From contig NC_087245.1 in assembly GCF_037042905.1 (NCBI RefSeq), positions 29,452,001 through 29,516,000 of the forward strand: 64,000 nt of DNA. The letters run 5' to 3'. The stretch comes from Lytechinus pictus. Lineage: Eukaryota. The notes beneath the pieces are model-generated. The model saw only the letters and a list, made by a program, of their open reading frames with translations, was not told the origin of the DNA and searched no databases. The translations under genes were made by a program, and so were the position numbers. The first letter of the stretch is position 1. Every line of letters starts with the position of its first letter. Below are positions 13,890 to 27,618 of this stretch, piece by piece.

Positions 13890-14451
13890 TGAGTACAACA
13901 GGCTAATAATAATGTTTGAATAGACAGAATAAAATTAATCCAGGAAATGCTAAAATGTCATCAAAATCTTTTGAAAAATAATGAGGCTATTGTATTCAAA
14001 AATAGAAAGAATCTTTGAAAACAGCTATATATGCATGCCATCATTAGATGCAAGAGATGGGCTGATTATTTATCATGTCCTCATTTATTTTATACTCCTA
14101 TGGCTTTTATGTCATATTTTCTTATGTAAGCGTTAAAGCATGTCTCTCATGTAACCAAATACTTTTTCAGCAATGATAATCTTTCACAATTTATTGATAA
14201 GTCGATCCTATCTTGACATTCTTAGAAGAAAAACATCATGAAATAAAATACAAGAGAAAAGGGGGAAATATGATATTATTAGTTATTATATGCGTAGTAA
14301 TGTGAATGAATATGCATAGAACTATTTCAACTAAATGATGCAAATGTCATAAATCTGTTATTTTTTCCCACTTTTGTTGAATTTGTCAGAGTTCTGTTTG
14401 TCTCATTTTACTTAATCTCGTTAATACAATTTTTCAGCATGGAATACCCCT
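13890..14451. mobile_element. Kolobok-like non-autonomous element, left end degraded
   Basis: Ends tggaatacccct|ttaa. Body resembles 8713-9255. Confidence 0.5.
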
Positions 14452-15151
14452 TTAATAAATGTTAACAAGAAAATATTAAGCAAAGCAAAGCTTTTCTTCA
14501 AGAACACTCGAAATGCCTTCTATACTAGATGTAATGAATGGGAAATTACACTTTAAACATGTTAAAAGATCCGTATCTTCACCTCTTTGACCTTGTCTCT
14601 TCGGGATTCTCACCGTTGTCAAGTTTCCTTAAAAGCATATGTTTTTAAAGGTTTGGTGAGTGACATTGGAGCTCTTTCACTCTATTTTCTTTCATGGTAG
14701 ACAAGATGGAGATAAAATTGAAAAGGGTGGAGAAACTGAAAGGTTTTTGGACATTTTATCTTTTAATTACGCAGTATTATTAGAGATACGCATTGTGTCT
14801 TGTCCTCGCTAAGGGGGAGAAAAAAAACATTCAACATGTTCAAGCAATGATTGAAGGTTCCTCACGTTCATGAAAAACAATTCAAAGGTATGCGGTTTCT
14901 TTTTTGTGTGTAAAAAAACCCGGAAGAAACAGAAAATAGAAACCGGCAGCGCATCTTACCAATCGTAATAAATCATAATTATCAGTAAGTGACAATAAAA
15001 TAAACTTCTTAAATCGCAATCGAGTACCCGAGATTACAGAGGTGAAAGTGACTTAATCAAATGCATAGTTTGCTCCAGAAGGAGCTATAATGCACCCCTT
15101 ACCACTCAAAGAAGAGTGTGGGAGTTTTTACTACTGTGGTTTTCTTTAAAC

Positions 15152-15305
15152 CAGGTAGGTGTTACATAAAGCTGTTCGTAAGTTAAACAGGTTAAAAACA
15201 ATTATTGTAAAGAACGACTGGCAATCCTTTCTGACGCGTTGAATAATCACCAATGAACATGTATTGATGAATATTATTTACCACAAGAAAGGATCACCAG
15301 TCACT
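15152..15305. mobile_element. Truncated Harbinger-like MITE
   Basis: cataaagctgttcgtaagttaa, aagaacgactgg and aagaaaggatcaccagtc are shared with 29451-29630. Confidence 0.55.
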
Positions 15306-16289
15306 GTGATCTGAACCCATTCGGAATTCTCTTTTTTTCCAGAAAGGATGATGGAGTCACACAAGGAGACAAGTCCTCGTATACCGCAAGTCACAAAGAA
15401 TGGATAAGTGGAATTCTAGCTAGGGCAGATATCTGTTTTCCCCTCTGCAAATAGAAGCATTTTCGGTCAAAACAGCGAAAGGATGAGGTCTCAAAAAGAC
15501 TCTCGGTGTGGGCTGGAGGAGTGAAATGTGCTTCACGTCTTATACCTACACTTTCTATTGATATCTATCTATGACGGTTACTGCTCCTTATATATACTAC
15601 CCATCCTTCTCTTCTTACCTCTTTCTTTTTTTCCTTCATCAATTCTTCTTTCTTTTTCAAACCTATGCGTCATCTTTATCAAACGCCACCCCCTATCTCA
15701 ATCTATTTTTTTGTTTTTCTATCTATCTATCTTTCATTCTTCCTCCCTCTGTCTCACCCCACCCTTGTCTGTCTTTTCACCTTCATCACATTTTTTTTTC
15801 TTCGTAGAAACTCATGAGTGTAATCCATAGCATGCGTGTTATCTAAACCTTCGTCTTTCTTATCATGTGATCATAGATCCTTTCATTTTGGGAATTTCCC
15901 TTCCCATTGCATGATTATTCTATATTGCGGTATCGTGTAATTATGTTATTGAATTATAAACTGAAATAAATTTATATCAGTCATTGAGTTAAAGATAACA
16001 CATGTCTCTTCCTTCATTCATAAATTCTGAATGGACGAACGTTGAATCTTAAGTGTGGGGTAAGATAGGACTTAAGTAGGGAAAGTTGTGAGTTTAGTGA
16101 TAGGTATCTATGAGCCTGGCTTTATAGTAGTCCCCTCCATACCCAATCTGTTATGTAATCTGCCTATTGTACATTACTACTGTTTGATCAACTTCAATGC
16201 TTTATGTAATGTTTTATAATGCATACTATGTTACTTGAATTATATTAGTTTGTTGGATATGGAAATATATGAAATGAAATGAAATACAG

Positions 16290-16502
16290 TGATAGTGTGG
16301 GTGGGTGTGATAGTGAGGGCGTGTGTATTGTTCAAGGATGGGTGTGTGCGTGTGTGCGTACACGGCTGTGAGGGTGTGAGTTTGTGAGGGTGTGTGGGTG
16401 TGAGAGTGACGGTGTAAGCAGCTGTGTCTGTGGGGAGTGAGTGTATGTGTAAATGTTGGTGGGCGTGTGGGTGGGACGTGTGTGTGTGTGTGTTGTGTGT
16501 CT
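16290..16502. repeat. GT-rich low-complexity tract
   Basis: Imperfect (GT)n/(GTGG)n. Confidence 0.8.
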
Positions 16503-16735
16503 GAACAACTGTCTACCTTTACCATGTTTACCAATCCGAAATGTTCATGATGTTCATGTTAAGGCCACCGCACATCTTACGAATGGTCTGCGACCCGGTT
16601 TTGATGCTAATATTGAGACATGGAATATGTTTCTGTGTAATGTCCTAGATAATTTTCATTACGTGGTATATGCACCTTAAACATTTTCTGTCATTGATTT
16701 CTGAATCATGTAGCTCTCCTCCCCATCTCTTTCTA

Positions 16736-18137
16736 CAGTGCGTCCCAAAAAAAACTATACACTTTTGAAATGGCTGCCAAATAAAAAATATATCACTTTG
16801 GGGGAAAATACTTATATATACTTATACATAATATATAAAGTCAACTTTCAAATGACACCAACAAGTTGGAAATTTATTCACGCTTGAGTGAACATTGCCC
16901 ACTTAAACCATGGTATTAAAATGACTCTGGGCAGGAATTAGCCTTCCCATTTCTATCGGTTTTTTTTTGGAACTTGCTAAGTTGAGGGTTTTGTGATGAA
17001 TTAATTATCAATTGTGATCAGTTTGTTGTTTGAGAAAATTTCATGAGTTATTAAATTAAAATTCATGAAAAGAGTGGTCATGAATTGCAATTTTAGTGCA
17101 GCATTTTGACTTTATCATGTGGATCTCAGGAATGTTTTTTAGACCTCAGCAGTGTGTTCGTAAGAGTCAGAGTAATGCGATGGTACATGTTACAAGCAAG
17201 AGGGCGAGATATGGTAAGACTTGGTTAAAACGGAATTCCTCTTCTTTGTGTCCTTTTACAAATTACAAGTCACATGGACCCCCCCCCTCCTCCACCTCCA
17301 TTTCCCCGGCTCTCTCTCTCTCTCTCTCTGTCTGTCTCACTTCCTGGATTGTAGCCTATTCAAAACTTGGCAAGTGATCGGTGGCTGATGGTCAGTTTTT
17401 TTTTATTGAATGACTTCCAACAAATTGACTGATTATGATGATTCGTGAAATAATTTATTCAATACACGAAATGTTTGATTGATCACATTGCACATTGAAT
17501 GAGTTGATTTATTGATAAATTGTTTATTAAATGATTGATAGGTAAAAGTTGATGCTCCAATTCAGAATTTATCATTACATCAACATTCTGCTCTGGACTT
17601 CATGCGTACATGTAATGGCAATCAGTCTCTCAACGGTATGGGGGTGGGAGAGAGGGAGGGGGCTACATGTTCTCTTGACCCTTATTCCATCAACCGACTT
17701 CTCCAACTTAACATGCTTAAGTCCTATCTCACCCCCTATTCTCCCGACTGCCATGAACACATTGCTGAGATCCACATGATAAAGTTAAAATGCTGCCCAA
17801 AAAAAGTGTATTTTGTGTTCACTCCTGCATTAAAGTTCAATTTAGTGCTGGTCACGATTGATCATTAATTTATCACAACACCCTTAACTTTGCAAGTTCC
17901 AAAGGAGCCTGTCAAAAACTGACGGAAATTGGAAGGCTAATTCCGGCCCAGCCCAATTTTCATACCCTTTGTTTCAGTGGGCAGTGCTCGCTCAAGCATG
18001 AATATTTTTCCAACTTTTTTGTGTCAGTTGAAAGTTGACCTTATTGGCTTCCATATATGTAGGTGTTTTCCCCCAAAGTGATATATTTTTTATTTGGCAG
18101 CCATTTCAAAAGTGTATAGTTTTTCTGGGACGCACTG
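16736..18137. mobile_element. Tc1/mariner-like non-autonomous element with long TIRs
   Basis: ta|cagtgcgtcccaaaaaaaactatacacttttgaaatggctgccaaataaaaaatatatcactttggggg ... gggacgcactg|ta. TA TSD. Inverted similarity runs ~200 bp. No transposase ORF. Confidence 0.9.
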
Positions 18138-19068
18138 TATGTTCCATCTTCTTTTTCTTACTCCCAATTTCATTACCATTCCTTTGTGCATAGTCCCCTC
18201 AAGCTTTCATTTTAATCTGAAACTTAATACTTTTGCTCGGGGTATACATTATTGGTTTAAGTCATTGAAATCGCGTACTCAAGAGCATTGTCGTCCTCGT
18301 TTTTGTAAATTTATTTAAGCCTGTATGTAGCCTTCTCCTCCCATTCTACTTCCGACACGACAACTTCAAGGAAACATTTTCAGTTTTGAAATGATGTTCA
18401 TTTTCCTTGCAGCGTGCGAAAATGGGATTCTTGCACAACCAGAGGTCAAAAGTATTCTGGAAGTTTATCTAACGAAAACAAATATGGAATAGGATTCAAT
18501 GTGATATCCTAAAACCACACAAAAATCGTCTTATTTAAAGGAGCCAAAGGCAAATCCTGACCTATCGCCATTTATGATTAAGACAATTTATTAATTTTAT
18601 TACTGAGTTCCATGTTTTTTCTTGAGTTCAGGTGACATTTGGAGGTATTCACGATATACTCTGCAACTTGGATGAAATGTGGGGTCATCGCGTAAACAGA
18701 TTACTCCGTTCTTTTTTATTTCTTTTCTTTAAAGATATTCTTGTTTGAAGTGACCATGGTGATATTGTTAGCCTTGGTAATGCTCGGGAAGAGGCTTTAA
18801 TTATGGAAGTCTCGTTTGATGATTTTGAAGCTAAGGTTTCCCAATATAGTCTTTCTTCTGGTTGTATGGCAACGCCCGGGTAGCAACAAGGTCTTGATTT
18901 CGAATATTAGGTAAAGTCTAATATGCTTTCGTCAATTATCAAGAGATTCCCAGTTTCAGGTTATTGTTGAGATACTGTTAGTCCGCCTACAGTTCCCTGC
19001 TCCTCCGACGACGATGGTACAGCTATCCCCATTAAAGGAGTTATTTTTTATAATTATCGTGGGAGTAA

Positions 19069-19235
19069 TACCTCAGTCACATTTGCTCTACGGTGAACGT
19101 ACGGCGAGTCGAGAACATCCGTTTTAACATTTTGTGTATACCAGCTACATAATGTGGGTGGTTTGAATATAAATGAATAAAACGGCCGTTTTCGACTCGC
19201 CGTACGGCCGCCGTTGAGCAAATATGACTGAGGTA
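19069..19235. mobile_element. PIF/Harbinger-like MITE
   Basis: taa|tacctcagtcacatttgctc ... gagcaaatatgactgaggta|taa. TSD TAA. Related copy at 58233-58410. Confidence 0.85.
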
Positions 19236-19504
19236 TAAGGAAGTGTAAATTAAAACGTTTTACAAATGATTTCATGATCCAACGTCATGATAGGACACAT
19301 GGTGGATGAGTGGCGTTCAACATAATGATTCTTTTTCATCATTATCTACCAAATAGTTACAGCGGACGACCCAAAGAAAGCTTCCAGTTTCAATATATAA
19401 ACAATTATTTGTTTGATTTCGATATTTCCCACATTAATATTTTCAGATCTCGTTTTTCGGACTTTTTATACAAGATGTATGCTTTATTTCATTAAAAAAA
19501 ATTA

Positions 19505-20640
19505 TTTAGTTCAGTTCAGTTCAGTTCAACTTCATTCAATTCCAATATTAAAAACATTTACAACACATTCGATAAAAACATGTAATTCAAGATAAAATAA
19601 AGTAATTCAATAGTATGTACATGCATATTGTTATAGAAAAAGTATTGAAATTAGGTATAGCTATAAAAAAAAAAACATAAAGGTCTTGTCAAGACAGCTC
19701 CCTTAATACAATAAGATTTGATCAATTCATAAAAGCGGAGAACAAATTCAGTAAATATTCAGTAAATAAAAATGAATTGCGTCTTGCACCAAGACAAACC
19801 CAGAACAAACATACATGTAAAGGGTAGGAGAGAATGAAAAGCAGAGGGGGGTTGAGAGTAGAAAGAAGACAAAAATCATTTAAAATTCAACGAGAGTCAC
19901 GTTTGATCAAATATAGCTTTACATTGTGCTTAAATCTGTTATAAAATGAAATTGAGATTATACATGTAGGGAGTGAATTCCAGATTGTAGGAGCATGATG
20001 CCTACATGAATAAAAAGCAAATTCTTTATTCACATTCCATCTGAGGTATTGATTCCTGTTTCTAGTATTATAAGTATGAATTCAACTGTTCTTTACCAAC
20101 ATATCCGATATGTATTTAGGAAGTTCAGTGTTTACATATTTAAATATGAGAATTGCACACATATAGTCAATTAACTGGTATACATCTAATATATTGAGTT
20201 GTTTAAATAGTGGGCTAGAATGGGCTTGATAATGAGAAAGTGTAATTATTCTGACAACCCTCTTTTGCAGGAGGTATAAACATTTGAGTTTGGTTGGATG
20301 AGTATTTGCCCAAACAATACTACAGTAACTTTGATACGGTAAAATGTAGTATTGTATAACATTAGCAAAACGGATTGAGGCAAGATGGCGAAGTTTGCCG
20401 ATGACACCAACATTTCTAGATATAGTTTTGTTCATTTGAGAGATATGAGTTTTCCGAGATAAATTTTCGTCAATAGTAATACCCAGGAATTTGGTTGAGG
20501 TAACAAGTTTGACATAGTTTCCTGACATTTCCAACTTAAATGAATCGAGGATATCAGCTGATAAACGTCGATATTGGGAATAAAAGTATATGAAGTAAGA
20601 CTTATCAGCATTAATTATTAATCATTTACGCAGAACAGGT
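19505..20640 (-). mobile_element. 5'-truncated CR1-group LINE (Crack/Daphne/L2-like): ORF2 C-terminal remnant, 3' UTR and tail
   Basis: ORF 20082-20534 contains KFLGITIDENL, YCSIVW, LQKRVVRIIT and HSSPLFKQLNIL, typical of the post-RT region. Frameshifted. Pentanucleotide (TTCAG)n tail at ~19507-19530. Confidence 0.85.
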
Positions 20641-21204
20641 AATCAAATTGAGTGATTTGGTATTAAATGGTTCCCATGTGTATCGTGGGCGGCGATTCCA
20701 CCTACGCCTCATTGATTTGATCATAATCATTAATGATAATGAGCACACGGTTAATGGAGGTTCAAGTGATTAGAGTAATTTCACCCTTTCATTTTGATTA
20801 TTCATAGGAAAAAACATTATTCAATTAATATGGTGTATGGTCTACTGGGTCGAAGTACACGTAAAATAAAGTGTTTTAAAATGGTTTCTTTTCTGTGATA
20901 ACGGTTTTTGTCTGGGATGTAAAATTACTCACTTCCAAATTAATTTCCATAGTTCATACTCATGATTTGTTACTTGCAGAATACATAAAATGCCCGGAAG
21001 CTAATGGAAGATGTTCCGACAGCGTCCTTGCTTTGTGTAGGAAATGTGGTAAACCTCACTTCTAAGTTACAATGTGAATTACACTTTATGTGTAAGTGAA
21101 CCTAGTGGTCATCCCTTGTCGAATGCGGTCAAAATGATATGAAGATATTGTATTGCGAATTGGACCAGCGGTCGACTATTCATGTCTATGTTTGTGTGCA
21201 TCAG

Positions 21205-21349
21205 GGTGGTGCTTCATCAACATTTTCGTCCGACAAGTTGTCAGATTTGGCAACTTGATTGATTTAGATTGACTGAGAAGCATTGTAACTATGGTAACTG
21301 TCGGATGAAATCGGACTTCGTCCGGCAAACTCTTTCACGAAGCGCTCCC
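21205..21349. mobile_element. Harbinger-like MITE
   Basis: cag|ggtggtgcttcatcaacattttcgtccgacaagttgtcagat ... cacgaagcgctccc|ctg. Same family as 33688-33836. Confidence 0.6.
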
Positions 21350-22094
21350 CTGAAATGATACTAAGGGGTGTCCAAAACTCTTAGACCTGTGACATAGTCG
21401 TGAAACCTGCCTCTGAATCGCAAACCATCGTTTTTTAACCAAATTAGTATGTATCTAAGGACTATTTTTGATATTTGATATGTTTACCAAGCTATCAATT
21501 CTAAAGGTTTTTTTCTTCTTTTATTAATTATTTTATGGATCACGTTCTCTCTCTCTCTCTCTCTCTCTTCCCCTCTCTCTCTCTCTCCCTCTCGTAACGC
21601 GAGACATGAGAACGATGAGAAAGGAGATGCGAACTGCTATGTTTTGCGTTAATTTACATGAAAAAAAAGTTGCCTTATTTTCGAGGTTTTGTCTTACTGC
21701 TGCGACGGAAGGGAAATGGTGTTGCATTTCTTGTAGGGACTTTATAAACACCATCGACATACCCTTTTAAATTATTCGATATGCTATCTTCCATCGGAAA
21801 TGAAAACGTACAAGAAAAAAAGTAGTTCATCGGCGAAATTATTTAGAAATAACCTATATCACGATTAAGAAATAGTTTCAAAGGAGAGTTCAAGAATTCC
21901 TTTTGATATGTAAGTGGATGCGATATAGGGCTTTTAATAAGGGAGCCAATTTGTTAAATTTAGCTTGTAAGACAGCTAAGAATATAAGTGAATTCCTATC
22001 CCTGATTTTTGCTCTCCACATAATTCTATGAAGACATTTATCCTATTGGATTTGCCTCAGTATACATCAGTATAGTCACGTGGATGAGTAAGAA

Positions 22095-22275
22095 TGATAC
22101 TGATGATAATCATAAAGTTGAAATGATAATCATAATGATAATAATAATAACAACAATAAAAGTAACAATAATAACAAAAACAATGATGATAATGATAATA
22201 ATAACAATAATTATAATAATAATAATAATAATAGTAGTAGTATAAGAACAACAACATCAACAAGAATAATGATAG
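22095..22275. repeat. (AAT)n-type microsatellite
   Basis: Imperfect AAT/AAC/GAT triplets. Confidence 0.9.
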
Positions 22276-23479
22276 GTTTACAGATTCTAAATGCTAATAC
22301 ACTTTACTTAATTGGCAGTCAGAGCACTACTGGGAGTCGAAGCCTTTCATTTCAGCCCGTTTATGAACTACATTCACGCTTTGAATGATTAAAAGACATG
22401 ACAGCAACAAGTAATTACCACTTTCATATTACTAATTCAACATAGAATGAACGCACGTAAAACATATTAAACTGTTGGGTGCAGTGTAATCAACAGATGA
22501 ACAGCAAATAACTGTAATCGTAATACTGCTGTGAGGAACTTAAGGGGCAGACTTTTTATTCGAAATGTACGGTTATTAGGCAGTGACGATATCCAAATAT
22601 ATTCGAGGACAACTTATTATAGTTTTAATGTCGCTACATAATAATAACAATAATATGTGCCATTTCTATAGCGCAGCTATACTGTAATTGCATATACTCT
22701 ACTGCGCTTGATACTTGATATCATATTATTACTCCGGCTGTAGCAAGGTAAATAGTATGAAAAGAGAGGTGAAGGTCGTTTAACTCTTTGTTCCATCTGT
22801 CTCCCATCTATCTCCCATCCACCCCCCCCCCCCCATCAAAATACCCCGGTTGCCGCCCCTATTAAAAGGAAACGGGTAAAACATAGTATTCTAAATCTCT
22901 TTGCACGATAAAGATAATGATGATGATAAGTGCCTTGCATTTAAAAATCAAGAAAAGCAATACAATACATTTTTAAAACAGAAAATGAGCGATATTCATA
23001 GGAAGGGCTGCGTCAAGGTATACTGCAGACGTCTTCTTCTATTTTTTTTTTCAACCTAGGAGTTCGTCACAAATTTAGCAGAATGTTTGCCGCCATATAA
23101 TGAGGAGTAATGGTCTCATTTACACTTGAAATGTGATATCCTGCAGTCGATTGGATGCATCGTCTCGATGACTCCCTATAAACGTTACAATCTTGTCCAA
23201 TTTCCTCCCCTCGTTACCTCATCCGGGGGAACCAAATCAAAGTTATGGAATTGAACACCCGAATCAGCATAATTACTGTATTTAAAATGAGGCAGGGGCA
23301 TGGCAGAGTGGATCTAGGCACGGGGTGTAGGTGTATGATAGTGTGGCTGTTTATAAACCAATTGTGAGGGTTTATTTCATCGCATTTCAACCCCCCCCCC
23401 CCCACTCCCCCAACACAAGTCGTTAATTCTTGTTTATTGCTTTATTCAAGTTATCGTTAAAATTATAATTGTTCTTCGA

Positions 23480-23815
23480 TATTCTGCTTCTGTTTACCAT
23501 TGTTCCTTTTCTGTCCTTATTTTCCCTTTCTCTCTCTCTCCTCACTTCTCTTTCTTCTTTTATTCTATTTCTTCTTATTATTATTATTCTTCTTCTACTA
23601 CTACTACTTCTCCGTCTTCTTCTTTTTCTCCTTCGGCTTTTCTTCTTTTTCTTCTACTTCTCCGTCTTCTTCTACTTCTCATTCGGCTTTTTCTTCTTTT
23701 TATACTACTTCTCTGTCTTCTTCTTCTTTTCCTTCGGCCTTTTCTGCTTCTCCTCATTATTTCTCTGTCTACTTCTACGTCATCTTTTCCTTCTTCACAT
23801 TCATCCTGTTATTCT
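23480..23815. repeat. TC-rich (TTC)n low-complexity tract
   Basis: Degenerate ttc/tac triplets. Explains the overlapping Leu/Phe/Ser ORFs. Confidence 0.85.
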
Positions 23816-23995
23816 CCATCTGCAAATGTTATGCGCTTATGATAAATGTATATACTTATTCCAGAAAAATACATGTCAAAAGCAGTTCAAAGGCAGAGAT
23901 CAAAATATGTTTGTATAGTATCTAAACCATATATACCACTTCCAATAAACCCATATTCTACTATTAACCAGTGAGTGTCAAATATTTTCGATTAA

Positions 23996-25247
23996 CAGAG
24001 CTGCCAACATTGGGATGATAGAATCCAGTAGATTTCGCGGAGGTATGATTTTGTGAGGGAGCGGCGGAACGTTGTCCCACGGATGGGAGTTTTGGGTAGC
24101 AAAACACATTAAGAAACATCATTTGATAGTAATTGACAGCTGTCTAAACCATCAAAAAAAATTCCGATAGATGAAATGCACATTAGAGAGAATTCATGAA
24201 TTGTCATTGACTAAATATACACTTCAGGCAATACAGTAGATTTGTTATATAATTCATAAAAGAATGCATTCAACATGAAAATACCTTTAATTGGCCAGAG
24301 GGGGAAGGGGCTGCAGTAGTGCTAGTGGTAAACATGGTAAATGAGCTTTATATGTGGACTGTTTAAAGTCTCTGAGGGATTCCTGTGAAAACTGTCACAC
24401 AGTCCCATTCTGCTTGAAAAGTATCTTTATACTTCGACAAGTATTTTGTCGTCTTGGTCTTGGATGACTTCATCTCCCTGATCTCCATGGTCACTGGCGA
24501 TGCGATTGTAGTGTGGATAAATCGGGACGGGGCGTGCTTAACGCTTCGCACAGCTCAGCCAGCCACTGAGCCAGCGCCAGGCTAGCTCACTCACGAAAGA
24601 GAAAATGTTCGAATCCGATCAACCCAAGTGAAAGTAGGCGAAAAAATCTCCACTTTGCTTCTAATTTTTCAGGATTGTCAATAAAATTATTCCTGAAACT
24701 GAAAGTCGAGGTGTAAAAGTAATCCCCTTGTTAATCCCATCGTTGATCCACAGTTTCAGCTCGAATAAGGCGCAAGCAAGCTTACGAAAAATGCCTCGCA
24801 GTGCTCGTGAACTTTCCTTCTCGGAGCTTCCTGGCGCAGCGCGGCCGGCTGGAGCACCGCGCGCCGGGGCGCATCGGGGGCCATGTGCATAGAGTACCGC
24901 TGAAGAGTTTTCATCACACATTGCAGAACCCGGAAATAAAATGGCTTGTTAGACTACTTCACCAGTCGTTCAGTAAAATTATCTTCATTTACATGGGAAA
25001 TCAATGTACGATTATACAAAAACTGGTAGAAGTTACTGGGTAAAATGAAAATGTGATAAGGAGGTTCCACGTGGGTGTTAGGGAATTGAACATGCTAGAG
25101 TCGTTAAACAGTCGTTTGTATGAATTTTACAATTTAACAGCTAAAAATCCTGATTATCCGGGAGATTTTGGCATGGGGTCGGGAGAACGGGAGATTGGAT
25201 CGCAATCCAGTATTCTCCCGCAGGATCCGGGAGACTTGGAAGCTCTG
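23996..25247 (-). mobile_element. Internally deleted hAT-like element with 6-bp TSD
   Basis: gattaa|cagagctgccaac ... cttggaagctctg|gattaa. Subterminal cgggaga repeats at 25159-25234. Internal GC-rich block and a short ORF KYLSKYKDTFQAEWDCV resembling a hAT transposase N-terminus. Confidence 0.7.
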
Positions 25248-25334
25248 GATTAAGGGTATTAAAGGTGTTTTTACATGTATAATTTACCTTGTTTGTGAAT
25301 GAATTTTCATAGTTATTTGTCTGCTCCTGATACT

Positions 25335-25619
25335 GGAGCGTTGTGGCCAAGTGGATTAGTCTCCGGACTTTGAAACAGAGGGTCGTGGGTTCGAATCCCA
25401 GCCATGGCGTAATTTCCTTCAGCAAGAAACTGATCCACAATGTGCTGCACTCAACCCAGGTGAGGTAAATGGGTACCGGTAGGAAGTAATTCCTCAAGAA
25501 GCTGTGTGCGCTGTGAACGCCTAGCTTAGCCGGGTAATATAGGAGCGCCTTGAGCACCCAACAAGGTGGATATGATTGTGCGAAATATATAAATACCCTA
25601 TATTATTATTATTATTATT
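25335..25619 (+). mobile_element. Full-length tRNA-derived SINE (Deu-domain-like body, L2-like tail)
   Basis: A box tggccaagtgg, B box gggttcgaatccc, body ccttcagcaag...gcactcaacccaggtg...aaatgggtacc, 3' agcgccttgagcac and an (ATT)n tail. Confidence 0.9.
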
Positions 25620-26539
25620 TAATCCTCACATCATCATTGGCATGGTCGTTGTCTGATACGAACATCCGTTATTCGTTTTTCGCGTGCACGCAAGAGGGAT
25701 TACTTTGGAAGTTGGAGAAGTGTATCGCGTGACGAAACAATAGTAATCGCACGACCACAAAGAAAACATCCAAATCTGATTTCTGTCTTTCCAGGGCCGA
25801 AAGTGGATGGTGGAGGCTCAAAAGATTTGTAAAAGAATATTCACATTCTTGATGAATTGGGCTATGGGTAAATTCAATTCCCTGACCCATTCGAATCCAT
25901 ATCTTGACGTCAATGACTGGTTTCAAACAGATATTTGGAGTGAAAACTAAATGTATACACCTATTTTAAAAAGTATTTCCAATATAAGGTTAGAGAAAAA
26001 TTGGACAACATTGTTAATATCTCAAAAATGTTATTAACAAGATTTTCAAAAAATCTGGCAATACATGAACTGTGACGTCATCCTAGTAGAACGTGTAGAA
26101 TGGTTTCTCATGGTGATATGAATTACCTATCTTTTAACCAAAAAACAATTCCAATTACTGCTATTCAATAAGACTCAAGTGAGGGAGAGCACTGATCAAT
26201 TAACGCAACTGAATTGATTCATTAAAAGTCATTTACTATTATTTTTTTTTACAATTAGTACTTCTTCATAGTGGTGCGGGGTCCAAAATACAGAGGCCTA
26301 GATGTCGAGAACACATACTTGCAAGGAAGAAAATCAATGGAGCTATGTATGGGGGCGTTTTCGCCTTCCCTTTTCAAATACAGAGCCGCCAATCTGAATA
26401 GTGTAAAATTCATTTTTATTTCTATTTTTCCAATGTTCAAGCCTAAAATCCTGTTTTTCTTTAAAATTTTGAAAAACATACCAAAAATCATCACTCTAAC
26501 AAGTTTCAATAATCATATTTCAAAGGGGAAAATCCTATA

Positions 26540-27518
26540 CAATGCGTATAAAAAAAAAGGTTTACACTTAGAAATAATCCTTTAAAGTACTATATTTGTA
26601 ATATCCTCAAGCTTTTTCCACATTTATACATTGGTAGAGGTCTCTTTAATCGAATGACGATATAACTGTTGAAAAATCTTTCCGTTTGAGTGAGCACCAC
26701 TCACTTTTGAAAAGTTTGTCGAAAATGATTTGCGCAGAAATCGGAAATAGTTCGATAAAAGTAAACGTTAGTTATAAAGATCACACAAAGTATAGCTAAG
26801 AAGAATGTTTAGGAGGTATCTTTTACCTTTTAACCCAATTCCTTGCCCAAAACACTTCATCGAACGCCAATGGACCCCCCCCCCCTCCCCATCCCCACAC
26901 ACCGAGGCCATCGCGATGATATCTGATTTACACAGAGTAGTGATCCACATGAAATAGCTTGATTTTCATTCTGTTAATCATTGTCATGCTTAGGAAAAGT
27001 GAGAAGAAACGAGTATCAAAATGAAATGTAAACTCACTTTAAATGATAAAAACTTAGTAAAAAGATGCTGGAAATGTCTCAAACTTTTGTTTACATTCAG
27101 TTATTACCTCAGATCCAGTTGGCACAAAAAGGGGTTGTGGTTGTGCTTACCTCGGGTTAAAATGTTAATTATGGGTCCAAATTTCTTGCAGAATTTTCAA
27201 ATATATCTGTTTTATTATAATTGCATGAAAATGAAAAAGAAAATGTGATGTATAAACCACATAGTCAGTTTGTTTTCGCGTTTTTCATTGACACAGCGTG
27301 AAAGATGGGCATTTCTGCGCAAACCGATTTCTGCAAGCTTTACCAAAATGTACAGCGCACACTCAAGTGTAACACTCTGTCAAAAAAATTTACTTTCATT
27401 TGATAGATGAGACCCAAACTCAATAATATATATTTTAAAAAAACTATCCCCAAGTTGTATTTTATTTTTCAATTCCCAGAACTTTTTCAAAGTGTAATTT
27501 TTTTATTGATACGCACTG
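26540..27518. mobile_element. Tc1/mariner-like non-autonomous element (~980 bp)
   Basis: ta|caatgcgtata ... gatacgcactg|ta. Reverse-orientation relative of 51163-52147 (e.g. gagcaccactcacttttgaaaag, tgcgcagaa). Confidence 0.85.
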
Positions 27519-27598
27519 TAGTGTCCCTTTCCCCTTAAAAAAATATAAGAAATCAGCTAAAATCCTACTATTTGGCAGCTCTGCGAGTAGGATTGAAG

Positions 27599-27618
27599 CA
27601 TGGAGCTATAGCTCCATA
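27599..27618. mobile_element. 20-bp P-like micro-palindrome with 7-bp TSD (duplicated copy)
   Basis: attgaag|catggagctatagctccata|attgaag. Confidence 0.7.

Noticed and set aside
15330..15455. Acceptor-like tttttttccag followed by a short open frame
   Set aside because: No convincing donor or recognisable peptide.
23469..23925. Long Leu/Phe/Ser-rich membrane-like ORFs (also 15528, 49939-50457, 55344-55812)
   Set aside because: Translations of pyrimidine- or purine-rich low-complexity DNA.
25335..25410. Genuine tRNA genes (also 32138-32207, 45790-45869)
   Set aside because: A/B boxes are present, but stems pair poorly and the sequences run into SINE-type bodies.
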